Shown: positions 52,201 through 62,864 of the stretch, piece by piece
Numbering within the stretch: the first letter of the stretch is position 1
Layout of the letters: each line of letters begins with the position of its first letter
Made by a program: the position numbers and the translations under genes
NCBI RefSeq assembly: GCF_001194135.2
Contig: NC_068987.1
Span: 49,672,518-49,736,517, forward strand
Source: Octopus bimaculoides
Taxonomy: Eukaryota
Direction of reading: 5' to 3'
Length of the DNA: 64,000 bases
Notes under the pieces: generated by a model
What the model was told of the DNA's origin: nothing
The model's database searches: none
What the model saw: only the letters and a program-made list of their open reading frames with translations

Positions 52201-53961
52201 GAGAAAACACTTTAATTTCACTTTTTGTCGCAGGGCGAAGGGGGGTGGGGGTGGGGTGAAAAATTGAGACTTTACAATTTTTTTTTTCAGAATCATAATC
52301 TCCCTATTTTTCTACGTATTTTGCCCCCAAATTTTTTTTTAAATGAATATTTAAGAAATGGGGGAGGGGTGGATTTAAATTTACAAATGCAGATTCGGAA
52401 TCTCCGCCAGCGACAAAAAACATTTAACTTCTCTTCAATTTTTCTTTACTTTTAAAAAATCCCATACTGAAGGATAACCTAAAATATAATGAACTTTACT
52501 TACCAGTTCTTATAGAAACGACGCCTGCACTCTTCTCCAAGATGTTCAGCAAAAATAGACTTGAAAGCACGTGGACCACGTGGAGTATCGATGTAGCCAG
52601 TAATTCCAATACAGACTACAGGTGGACATTCAATAATGGTGACACCTTCCAATACTTCTTTCTTATTCACCTCTGAAATGTCAAATTATTTTAATTGATC
52701 ACCGAAACTAGATAGTGAGTTACGAATTAGTATCGATTGCTAAAATGAGTGGGTATAATATTAAAAACTGGTTTAAACACTAAAATTTCATTTTTTTTAA
52801 ATACCACCCCTCACACAGCAAATCCAACTTTAGGGCTAATGCAGTTTTGCACCGGATTCCTCCGCTTTTGATGTCAGAGATAACGGAATAAGCAAACAAA
52901 AGTTTTGATTTTATTTACTTTAAAGAGATCATAACGAATTTACGAACATATGCAAATCGAAATTAAATACAAAAAACAATGAAATAATTTAATGTAAATT
53001 TTTGAAATAATTCTATGTAAAAAATAAGGAAAAAGAAAATTCAAAGCATCAAATGATGAGTATAATAAAATACACCATTTTATGAGATTTTTTGCATATT
53101 CGTAATTTCCGACATCTAAAACAGGGATCCGAAAAATATTTTCNNNNNNNNNNNNNNNNNNNNNNNNNNNNNNNNNNNNNNNNNNNNNNNNNNNNNNNNN
53201 NNNNNNNNNNNNNNNNNNNNNCAAGGACAGGTGCGAAACTGCATGGTAGGGTAGGGGGTTAATTTTTTTTTTCCTTGCATATTCGTAATCGACATCTAAA
53301 AGTTAATTTTGTTTTCGAAAAATTGCGTTTTTCAAGAAGTGCGAAACTGCACCTCCCCCCGTTCAGTTTTTTTGTCTGTATTTCATTTCTAACGTAAGGA
53401 CAATCGTTTATATTTTCAACTAAATTTTTTTTAATTGTCAAAAGGGGAAAAAAAAAAAAAAATTTACATGCTGCGCGAAAAGAATTTAAATAAGAAATTA
53501 TGAACACTTAATGAACTTAAGTAAAAAAAAGTGAAGTTTTTACTGTAAAACCATCCGACAGCACGTGGCAGAATGTCCGCCATCTTCACGTACGGCATCA
53601 TACCAAGATAACATTAATTAAAATGCGACTAATTACTAAAAATATAACTTACTTGAGCCAGGTCTGTCAACTTCGCGAACGATATGAGTCATCCCAGCCT
53701 TATAACCCATAAAAGCGGTTAAGTGAACGGGCTTTTTGGGATCATCTTTTGGAAATGCCTTGATTTTCCCCTTATGACGTTGACTTCTTTTTTTGGGCAG
53801 AAAGCCCTTGGAGCCATGCCGTGGGGCAGAAAATTTACGATGAGACTGAAATGATTAAAAAAATATGCTCAACATAAAAACTGAAGGGTTTTAAGTAGTA
53901 TTAATAAATCTGACGACATAATTTTTATAGTGAAGCAACCAGAGACTAGACTACGTACCAT
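49188..53961 (-). CDS. RPL3: 60S ribosomal protein L3 (uL3), complete 8-exon gene, 402 aa
   Basis: Exons 53961-53959, 53845-53653, 52672-52504, 51149-51014, 50770-50584, 50450-50092, 49678-49559 and 49229-49188 total 1209 nt. All introns are GT-AG with consistent phases. Translation reads [13 protein letters not shown]...[17 protein letters not shown]...[30 protein letters not shown]...[19 protein letters not shown] lies at 49171-49166. Confidence 0.98.
49559..49678 (-). CDS. RPL3: RPL3 exon 7 (120 nt)
   Basis: ttttag|TCTCTCCTG...TTTATG|gtaagt; [40 protein letters not shown]. Confidence 0.97.
50092..50450 (-). CDS. RPL3: RPL3 exon 6 (359 nt)
   Basis: ttttcag|GTGTTACATCT...ATGCGTAAG|gtaaat. 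Overlaps ORF 50014-50397 ([13 protein letters not shown]...GGFPHYG...RILTMRK). Confidence 0.98.
50584..50770 (-). CDS. RPL3: RPL3 exon 5 (187 nt)
   Basis: ttttag|ATTCGCCAA...ATGAAAG|gtgagt; [21 protein letters not shown]...[12 protein letters not shown]. Confidence 0.97.
51014..51149 (-). CDS. RPL3: RPL3 exon 4 (136 nt)
   Basis: aag|GTCTCGCTCT...ACTCAG|gtgagt; [27 protein letters not shown]...IIVHTQ. Confidence 0.97.
51720..52415. mobile_element. Inverted-repeat element inside RPL3 intron 3
   Basis: GCGATTCCGAATCTGCATTTCAAAATTTAAATCC (~51727) versus GGATTTAAATTTACAAATGCAGATTCGGAATCTCC (~52371-52405). Confidence 0.6.
52504..52672 (-). CDS. RPL3: RPL3 exon 3 (169 nt)
   Basis: cag|AGGTGAATAAG...AAGAACTG|gtaagt; [17 protein letters not shown]...RRRFYKNW. 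Confidence 0.97.
53653..53845 (-). CDS. RPL3: RPL3 exon 2 (193 nt)
   Basis: tttcag|TCTCATCGTAAA...GGCTCAA|gtaagt; [21 protein letters not shown]...DRPGS. Confidence 0.97.
53959..53961 (-). CDS. RPL3: RPL3 exon 1 coding part (ATG only)
   Basis: CTTTTCTCTGCAGATCGCTTGCTGTG-ATG|gtacgt. An ATG-only first exon is the same arrangement as vertebrate RPL3. Confidence 0.93.
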
Positions 53962-53979
53962 CACAGCAAGCGATCTGCA

Positions 53980-54040
53980 GAGAAAAGAATATGGAAGACT
54001 GGGTGGTGATTTATATAGTAGAAGGTAGCGCGCGCGCGAA
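53980..54040 (-). promoter_or_regulatory. RPL3 core promoter: TCT/5'TOP initiator with TATA box at -30
   Basis: The minus strand reads TTC(+1, 53987)TTTTCTCT, matching the TCT consensus YC+1TYTYY. TATATAAA lies at 54017-54010, exactly 30 nt upstream. A (GC)n run lies at 54028-54038. Confidence 0.8.
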
Positions 54041-54409
54041 GTTCACAACCCTACGAGAGTTTGATTTATGATTAAAATTTTAAATAATTTCTATTAACTG
54101 AAAATGTACACAATAGTATTTATAATAAAAATTATTCAAGAATATGTTAAAACTAAAAAATATGTGATTCTAAACTATAAAAATTATTTGTGAACAAGAA
54201 TTAAGAGTCAAATTGAAAGACACTTTTTCGTATCAAATAAGTTTGTTTTTATTTTTAATTAATTCGTTAAATACAGTGAAAATGTAACTAAAAATTAACA
54301 TGTAAAATTATAGTGCTTCTTAGTTTTAAATTACATAAATGCTCAAAATCTTGATAATGTTATTAGTTCGCTTTATTGTTTCACAACCTTGTCGTTCAGG
54401 GTTGGCAAA

Positions 54410-54506
54410 ATGGTGGCAGACGACAACATTGACCGTGATCTTCCTTATAATAAATTTGTTTTCAGCATTTTTAAGATCATAGATAAACCAGTGACTGCTT
54501 TTAGAG
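54410..54506 (+). CDS. NDUFB10: NDUFB10 exon 1 coding part
   Basis: MVADDNIDRDLPYNKFVFSIFKIIDKPVTAFR, ending G|gtaagc. Confidence 0.9.
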
Positions 54507-57500
54507 GTAAGCTTTGTCACTTTATAACTAAATCTGTTTTATATTAACTGTCAAGCATTAACTTTATTTAAATACCTTTGCTTTGATTTTGCCCTTGAAG
54601 TTGAAAGAGTTAGGTATTTTTTTTTTAATCCGTGTTTTTAAAACTAGATTTATTTTGTTATGAGAAAAAGACTATTATTAAATAACTACATTTATTCTCT
54701 TTTCATTTTGCAATACTATTTTCCAACAAGGCATTTTTTTAATGCATGTCATTAATGTTAAGATTAAAGATAATAAAGTAAACGGTGGAATTATAAGGAC
54801 AAACTTATTTTCTTAGTAATTTTGGTCTTACAGTCAGTATTTTTTTGATTCAGTTACACCTCTGCACGACCTATCTTAAATTTGTAAGGCGACTCTAGTT
54901 TAATTTTCTTTTGAGGTTTATTAACCTTATAATTCAAATTTTGGCAGTTTTGGAATATATCTGTCAATATCACCTTTAGTTTCTGTGATAAACCTGATTG
55001 AATAACATGGCCCTATCTCGTTCATTTTCAAATTCATCTTCAAAATAGTAGGGAGTAGTAATCTCAATGGATTTTATTATTATTATCAGACAAATGATAA
55101 CACTGTTTTAGCCTCCAAACCAAGGTGAGGAGAACCTAAAAGTTTATTTTTATTTAACAATATTCCAAGTCAATTACAAGTTAAAACTGGAAATCCGACA
55201 TCTTTAGATACTGCTGTCTGTCAGCATCAGTCTGTTGCCATGGTACTCTAGTTGAAGATTGCAGTTCCCCTATTTCATTCATCTTAAAAGAAATTCTAAT
55301 AGAAAATCAAGTACTTTGATAACTTCTTCAAAATATAGACTCTTATATTTTTTTCTAACTAAAATGGATAAATATTTCTTTTGTGTAGTATTGTAAGTGC
55401 ATCTGCCTAGCAAAAGAAAGTAACAGGGATGTATTCCAGTGTACATTTTGAAATATTATTTGAATACCTAAAAATTTGTTGACCAAAATTTTACTATTAC
55501 TTGAGGTATGGTTTCTGAGAATGTGTTAGTTGTGTAGCAGCAACTGAGTGGTGATTATTTTTCTCTTTGCAACCATACATTATTGTAAAATTGTATGGTT
55601 TTTAAATTGTTTCCATTGTCTGTGATTAGCAGTTTAGCGTGTGGTAAACCTGATTGTGATGCCATAGTCTGTATCCATTCACCTGCGTTGTGCTGTTCTG
55701 TGGCCTAACTCTTACTAGTTCTGTGCAGCTCAGTGCTGTAAGAAGCAGGTGTAGTATGTAATTAAAGGTGTTTTGTTTGCCTGCAGTGCTACATTCATGT
55801 TCTTCATTATGCTTGTATAGACAACAGTAAGCAACCTGAAATCATTGTGATCACATGGAAATAAATCTCAACTTCTGTATAAAACTTTAAGATGGAAGAA
55901 GATATTTTAGTACCAGTTGCAAGTTATTAATGCTTATCAACTTGAAACCATACTGCTTCTTGGTCAGTAGAAGAAAAGATCTATAATTCTTCAGACTTTA
56001 ACCACCCTTATCATGATATCACAAAGCACACACACCTATATATATAGAAAGTCATACTAGATCAGTCATCTCTCTTTTAAATATACTCAAACTTCACCAT
56101 TCTGTGCTGCCATCCAACACTTTCTTTTCTGAAAGACCTCTATTTCCAACCTTCACCTACTCTTGCATTTATCTCATCATCCAACTCTGCTGTTACCAAT
56201 CATTCCATTCTCCATGACTTCACTCAAATAGCCTCTTTTTTCCCCATCATACTCTTGCTCTTTTCACCCACTCACCCTTACCTTTACCACTTCAGCCATT
56301 ACCACTTACTTTCCTACCAACAATACCCCTAAATATATCTGCCTTCTCATCATACTCTTGACCCATTCACCTTCCCACCTATTCTCATCCCTCAGATGTC
56401 ATGGTTTTCTCTCCTCCTCTTCAAATATCCATTTCTGGCATCATTCTTCCCTTTACTGTTCACACTATAAGGTGGTTGGGTAAATCAGCAGAGAAAGTAT
56501 ATGGTTATGAGGTCCCTCTAGTCCTGTCTCACAGATGACTGTTCAGCCTCTCAAGTGTTGGTGCCATAAGAAAATGCACCCAGTATACTATGTAAAGTGG
56601 TTGACATTTGGAAAAACATCTAGCCATACTAGCCATAAATACCAAGCCAGATGACATGTATGTACACCAAGACACCTTGACTTCGAAAGCAGTCGCTCCT
56701 AGTGGGAAGTAACTTGAACTGCAATGACCCAACCAACCTGTGCTAGCATAGAAAATGGACATAAAAAAATAATGATGATATTGTATTACTTAAATGAACA
56801 CAATAGTAATGGATTAGTTAAAAATTGTTGGGAGTGTATGACCATCAATAAATGTTCTGAATATCTCCTTGCTGAACATATTTCCATCTGTATCTCTCTT
56901 AATACCATCACCATTCATGCCACCACTATGGGAGAACTTTTATGCAGTCACTGGACTTGCTTGAAACAGAAGCTGTCCCTCACATTCCACTCTATCATTT
57001 TTAAAACAAACAAATGACACACACAGTTTACTTGGATATAAAAGCAGGATGGTTCATTGGTGGAAGATCTGTGATGATATTTTTTTTTACTCAATGAGGG
57101 CATGTGATTAGAATGTCACAGGAAAGAATAGCGAGAGGGATTCTTCAAACTGAAAGAACTAAGGGTATACCAAGAACAAAATGGTTGGATGACATCTATA
57201 GTCCTAGTTGGTCACACTTGGGAATCCAGCCTGAAATTCTAATGACAGTTGTTTCTGATAAGACCCTATGGAGGAGTTGCCTGAGGACTCTGCCCCCGAT
57301 GACCCTCCTAGAAATAATGAGCAGACCTGCAAGTAAGCAATATGAACAACAACATGGATTTTATCATACTCATCATTTGATACTTTGAATTTTCTTTTTT
57401 CTTATTTTTTTTTTTATTTAGAAAAAATTGTTGAGCCGCTTCAAAGTAGGAATAAACACTATTTTTATCACCGTCAATTCAGAAGAGTGCCAACCATCGA

Positions 57501-57858
57501 CCAGTGTGAATTTGATGACGTAGCATGTGTGTTTGAAGCTGACCAACAGTTCAAACGAGACTGGTAGGTTAAAATTTTTTTTTCTGTTGCTTAACATCTT
57601 TTAAAGCTGTCTGGGTTTTGTATGTTATTTAGAAGGTTCTGAGTTATGTAGAGAGAGAAAATGATAGCATCTTTTGTCCTACCTTACATGTCATTTCATT
57701 TNNNNNNNNNNNNNNNNNNNNNNNNNNNNNNNNNNNNNNNNNNNNNNNNNNNNNNNNNNNNNNNNNNNNNNNNNNNNNNNNNNNNNNNNNNNNNNNNNNN
57801 NNNNNNNNNNNNNNNNNNNNNNNNNNNNNNNNNNNNNNNNNNNNNNNNNNNNNNNNNN

Positions 57859-57920
<62 letters not shown>

Positions 57921-60900
57921 TGTTATCTAGGCCCTTGTTAAGCCTTGATTCAGGAAACCCGTGATCAAAGGCTTTTTTTAGCTGTGACCACTCCATGTCT
58001 CTCTTTTTCTTTTTTTTTTCCTTTTTTCAGACACAGTGTATCTAAGATCACAATATCCAATGTACCATTTTTAAGGTAGTAGAGTTTGAATTTAAAAGAG
58101 AATAGGCTGCTATTCGTAACAGATCATTTAGACACATAGAGATTCTGAAGTATGTATATTTACTCTATAGCAAGTTAAGGTTATTCCTAACTTTAACACC
58201 TAACATAAAACCACCTCCCTCTCTTCTACAATCCTACTCAGTCAAGCTGGATCTTGTGAGTTACATGGTAACTTCAATAGTGCTGGTTCCACAAACTAAA
58301 ACACCCAATACTCTCTGTTAAGTGGATGACATTTGTAAAGGCATTCAGCTCTAGAAACCATTCCAAAGCAGATGTTGGAACACAATGCATTCCTCTGAAT
58401 TAGTAGAGCCTGTCAAACTCTCCAGCTCATTCCAGCATAGAAGATAGACATTAGAAGATGGTGATGATGATGATTTCTTGTATAGTTGAGACAAGGGAAG
58501 GAAATGCTAATCAAAATATACTGCAGATTAGAGGTTTCTATTTTTTTTTTATAGAAATACTGATCATTTACTTGTTCTAAGATCATTTCCCAGTATCAGG
58601 GTCTTGTCCATTCTTACAATGGCTTCTTCTTGGTCAGCTTCTTCAATTACTCTAGAGCAGTGTTTCCATTGACATTCCAATACTTTTTGCTCTTCGTTCG
58701 TAATGTCTGTTTTATATATAGTGTGCTGGAATGTTGAAATTTGTTGATCTTTTCAGACACATTATGTATTCCCCAAGTGTTTATTTCTGTTCATTATTTT
58801 TATTTAACAATATTCCAAGTCAATTACAGGTTAAAACTGGAAATCCGACAACATCTTTAGATACTGCTGTCAGTCAGCATCAATCTGTTGCCATGGTACT
58901 CTAGTTGAAGATTGCAGTTCCCCTATTTCATTCATCTTAAAAGAAATTCTAATTGAAAATCAAGTACTTTGATAACTTCTTCAAAATATAGACTCTTGTA
59001 TTTTTTCTAACTAAAATGGATAAATATTTCTTTTGTGTAGTATTGTAAGTGCATCTGCCTAGCAGAAGAAAGTAACAGGGATGTGTTCCAGTTTACCATT
59101 TTGAAATATTACTTGAAGACCTAAGTGATGGATTTGCATAATTATTCTTTTGGAAGAACTGCTAACATTTTCCACAAATTCCTAGTATCTTTCATAAGAT
59201 TTGTTGTATCAGTTTATTCCAAAAGTTTTATTTCATTTTTCATGAGGTTTTTGTAGTGATAAATTTATTATTTTGGGGGTTAGTTGGTTCAGAATTTCCT
59301 TGAATCTTTGTCAATAATGTTTTCCTTTTTGTTTGTAACTTCTCCTCCCTAAAACAAGGGTTTTTATTTTGTCGGTGATTTGTACCCTATTTTTTTTTTT
59401 TTTTTTTGGAAGGGGAGTTTCCAATTGTCAATATATCTAATATTATTGTTATATCATCTTCCATTGTATGTTGACTTGTTTTTAATACTTATACTGTTTT
59501 CTTTGGTTTGACCATCTTATTGTGGTCTGTTCTTCCATTGTTATTGTTTGGAAGTATGTAAAATAATTGAACAAGACAAAACCAAAAAGTTCCAAAATGG
59601 AAAGAAATTGAAGGTTAATGCAAATATGAACTACAAAACAAAAAATATCATTTACTGCATACATGCCTACAAGGTAGGGAGAATTATATTGGTCAAACGG
59701 GAACAAAATTAGTAAACTGGGTGAGGGTACATGAACAACAAATAAGATTCATCTGCAAGAAATGTTCCATAAATAGAAAATTCAAAATCTTCTCTATTTA
59801 CCAATTAAAGGAAGAAAAAAGTTATAACAAGCTTTCACAATATGAAATCTTTCTAAAAGATTTGTATTATTCTTTTCTCTTTCTAAGATTTTTTAAATAT
59901 AATTAATAATTTTATATTTTAAGAAAATCCTTTAAATATTGTGACCATATCAAGAATCCTTTCTAAAAACTTATATATAGTTCTACAAGGTTTATCTTCA
60001 GAGACAATACTTCAATACTCTTGAAAATTTAAAGATGATCAACTCTGTATATACTTTAATTTTTTTGTTTTTATTAAAAAAAATTTTTAACTTTTAGGAG
60101 CGTTGATTCAAATATCTTGAAGATTCTTCGTAAACGAAAGATGGAATGCATTATGTATGAAGGTGCTAATGCTCCACAAAAATGCAAAAAGGTTACTGAT
60201 GATTATGAAAATGCTACTACTAACTATTTCATAAAATGTAAGTTTAAATTTCTATTACCAAATTATTTCTGTCCAATAGGTATTTATTTCATTTTACTTA
60301 TTGATACAGAAATTGCTTTTTAGTTTGTTTTTGAGCTGAAAATAATTAATTGGCTGACTATTAGTAGCAGAAGTTCTACTTAAAAATAATATATCATCAT
60401 CATAATTGTTTTAACATCTACTTTTTCATGCTTGCAAGGGTCAAATGAGAGTATGTTGTGATAGTTTTCTATGGCTAGAAGCCAACCCTGTCACCAACCC
60501 ACACATTTTCCAAATGGGGTAATGTTCTTCCAGCTTGGACATGCTTTTGTACAAGCAAATGATACTGTTAGTGAAGCCATCATTTATAAGCCAGCAAGCT
60601 AAAGATGTGTAGACACAAGGAACTATGAAATAACTCATATACATATGCTCACACACATACATATATGATGTGTCTGTATGTGTGTGTATACACACATATG
60701 ATGCGCGTCTTTCAATTCCATTTGGCCAAACTCACTCATATGACTTAGGTTGGCCTTGGGCTATTGTCAAAGACACTTGCCCAAGATACCATACAGTGGG
60801 ACCAAATCCAAAACAACATGATTTCTTAATGCCACAGCCATCCTACATCATAATATAGAGCTTGAAATAGTGTTAGCATAATTTCTAATGTTTAATGGCA

Positions 60901-62567
60901 GTGAAAATATTTCAAATGACTGCTTACATAGTGGCCACAAAAGTATTTCTTTTTGGTTTGAAAGATATATTATATGAAGCATTTATTGATATGTGTAGTG
61001 ATTGATAATGAACTGAATGTGTTGTGTGTGTCATTGGTTACCCCCCCAAAAAACTCTGCCCACTTTCTACTGTTGTCGCCTACTCTTTCTTAACTTCTTT
61101 ACTTATCATCCCTCATCACCCACTAACTAATTCTCCATCTTCAACCATCTCTCACCCTCTTGTACATTTTTGCAGCCTCTATCCACCCACTTTATATATT
61201 GAGGGTGCTCTCATATACCTCATCACTACTATATTTATTTATTTCCTGCTCTACCCTAACCAAAACCCTCTCTTCTATAATGTGAGTAGCTGTGTAGCTC
61301 TTCTACAGCAAGAAACCTGTTTTGTTATAGCTCCTCTTAGACTTCAATCCCTCATCCCATAGCATAAAGCTGCCTCCTTCTGTACTATGATCCCACCCAG
61401 TCAGTGAGATCTTAGTCTTGCAGGCTGTATGACAACCTCATTTATGCTGGTGACATGAAAAAAGCAGCCTTGTATAAAAATTATAATCTCAAAATTGTTG
61501 CTACATGAAATGGTTTGGTACTGTCTCTACATTATTGTACATCAATGTTAAAATTATTTGTTGAAAGTAGTACTGACATAGCAGTGGGGTTGAGAATTTC
61601 ACTTTGCAACAATGTGGTTACAAGTCCACTGTGAAGCATTTGGGTCAGTGACTTTGACTATAGCCCAGGTCAACCACTTTTGAGTGGATTTGATTAGATA
61701 GAAAATGAAAGAAGCCTGTTATGTGTGTTTGTGCTAGTACACTTGCATGCGTCTGTATGTGTTTACATTTGTGCTTCTTTGAATATCACTGAGCTACAAG
61801 CAGTGAATATAATTATTATTTCCCCTATCAAGAAATTGTCTACTGGTTTTGTTTCTTTGAAGACTTTTATAGAATGAGATACCTTATGTGAAAAACGAGT
61901 AAAGGTTAGTGACAGGAAGGGCACCAGGCTGTAAAACAGTACCTCAATAATATATTCAACTAGAAAACAGACATAAAAACAAATAAATATAGTGAATCTA
62001 TGATCAATAGTCTGGCAAATATGGAGAAGGTCTAATGAAATGTAGACATGCCTGGAGTTGTGCCCATAGTTACCAAGATTAGTTTATCCAATTTTAGTCA
62101 TTGAACTATTGATTTCTTCTTATTGCATAATTATTATTAATTAATTACATATTATTTTTTCATATTCATATTATGTCTGAAGATCCTAACCAGAATGAAT
62201 TTAACCCTTTTGTTACAGTTAATTTTGAAAATAATGAAGTATTTAGTAAAATAAATTTGTCGTTATTAAACTGGTGTTTGGAACATAAATTAACATGGAA
62301 TTTTGATAGAAGGTTTTAATTTAGATCACTTCAAAACAGCAATTTTTTATCATACAACCAGAGTGGTTCTGAGCAAGTTAGTATTAAAAAGGTTTAAATT
62401 ATTTGTTGTTGAATTTTGAGTTAATATATAATCACATATGTTGTACTCCAACAGATGGTGAACTTGGAGCTGCAGCTTCTGTTGTTGATGCCTACATGAA
62501 ACAGAAACATCGCATAATCTGGGAAAGAAGACAAGAAATACAAGGCACCGGTAAACGATTACGCTGA
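54410..62567 (+). CDS. NDUFB10: NADH dehydrogenase (ubiquinone) 1 beta subcomplex subunit 10 (PDSW), complete 4-exon gene, 163 aa
   Basis: Exons 54410-54506, 57422-57563, 60098-60237 and 62455-62567 total 492 nt, with GT-AG introns in phases 1/2/1. Translation includes IIDKPVTAFRE...KHYFYHRQFRRVPTIDQC...CVFEADQQFKRDWSVDSNIL...EC...KC...KYGELGAAASVVDAYMKQKHR, matching the family motifs. AATAAA lies at 62639-62644. Confidence 0.95.
55145..55470 (+). repeat. ~325-bp direct repeat, copy 1 (NDUFB10 intron 1)
   Basis: Near-identical to 58795-59123. Confidence 0.9.
57100..57330 (+). mobile_element. RTE-clade LINE C-terminal fragment in NDUFB10 intron 1
   Basis: RMSQERIARGIL...RTKGIPRTKWLDDI...DKTLWR. 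Confidence 0.7.
57422..57563 (+). CDS. NDUFB10: NDUFB10 exon 2 (142 nt)
   Basis: Long poly-T acceptor; EKIVEPLQSRNKHYFYHRQFRRVPTIDQCEFDDVACVFEADQQFKRDW; donor TG|gtaggt. Confidence 0.96.
57859..57918. repeat. (GT)n microsatellite adjoining a gap
   Basis: Directly visible. Confidence 0.97.
58795..59123 (+). repeat. ~325-bp direct repeat, copy 2 (NDUFB10 intron 2)
   Basis: Near-identical to 55145-55470. Confidence 0.9.
60098..60237 (+). CDS. NDUFB10: NDUFB10 exon 3 (140 nt)
   Basis: ttttag|GAGCGTTGAT...ATAAAAT|gtaagt; SVDSNILKILRKRKMECIMYEGANAPQKCKKVTDDYENATTNYFIK. Confidence 0.95.
62455..62567 (+). CDS. NDUFB10: NDUFB10 exon 4 coding part
   Basis: ccaacag|ATGGTGAACTT...CGC TGA; YGELGAAASVVDAYMKQKHRIIWERRQEIQGTGKRLR*. 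Confidence 0.95.
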
Positions 62568-62864
62568 AAACTTGCAGGAAATGTCTGTAATTCTTAGGCT
62601 TCTTTTATTTTTTCCAAATTTAAAAGTATTAGAAAACAAATAAAATATAAGAACTATTTTATGCTCTTTGTTTTATTTCATTTTTAGAGTGTTTTTAATA
62701 AAGTTATTTAAAATAGATTCTTGTTGTTGTTATTGAACTGCTTCAAATCTAGGTATAACTAAATACTGAAAGCTAACTTACATATTCATTAATCAAATAA
62801 TTAAATTTTCTGGTCCTGTATTTCAATTTAAATGATTGCTTATCATCGTCAATGTACATCCACA

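Noticed and set aside
53560-53605. Resemblance of GATGGCGGACA to the SNORD43 (U43) guide hosted by vertebrate RPL3
   Set aside because: It is not complementary to the 18S CCGCCCGUC target and has no proper D box. It fits a YY1 motif better.
55380-55455. H/ACA snoRNA-like hairpin ending in ACATTT within the duplicated intron segment
   Set aside because: There is no ANANNA H box, and the ACA is altered in copy 2.
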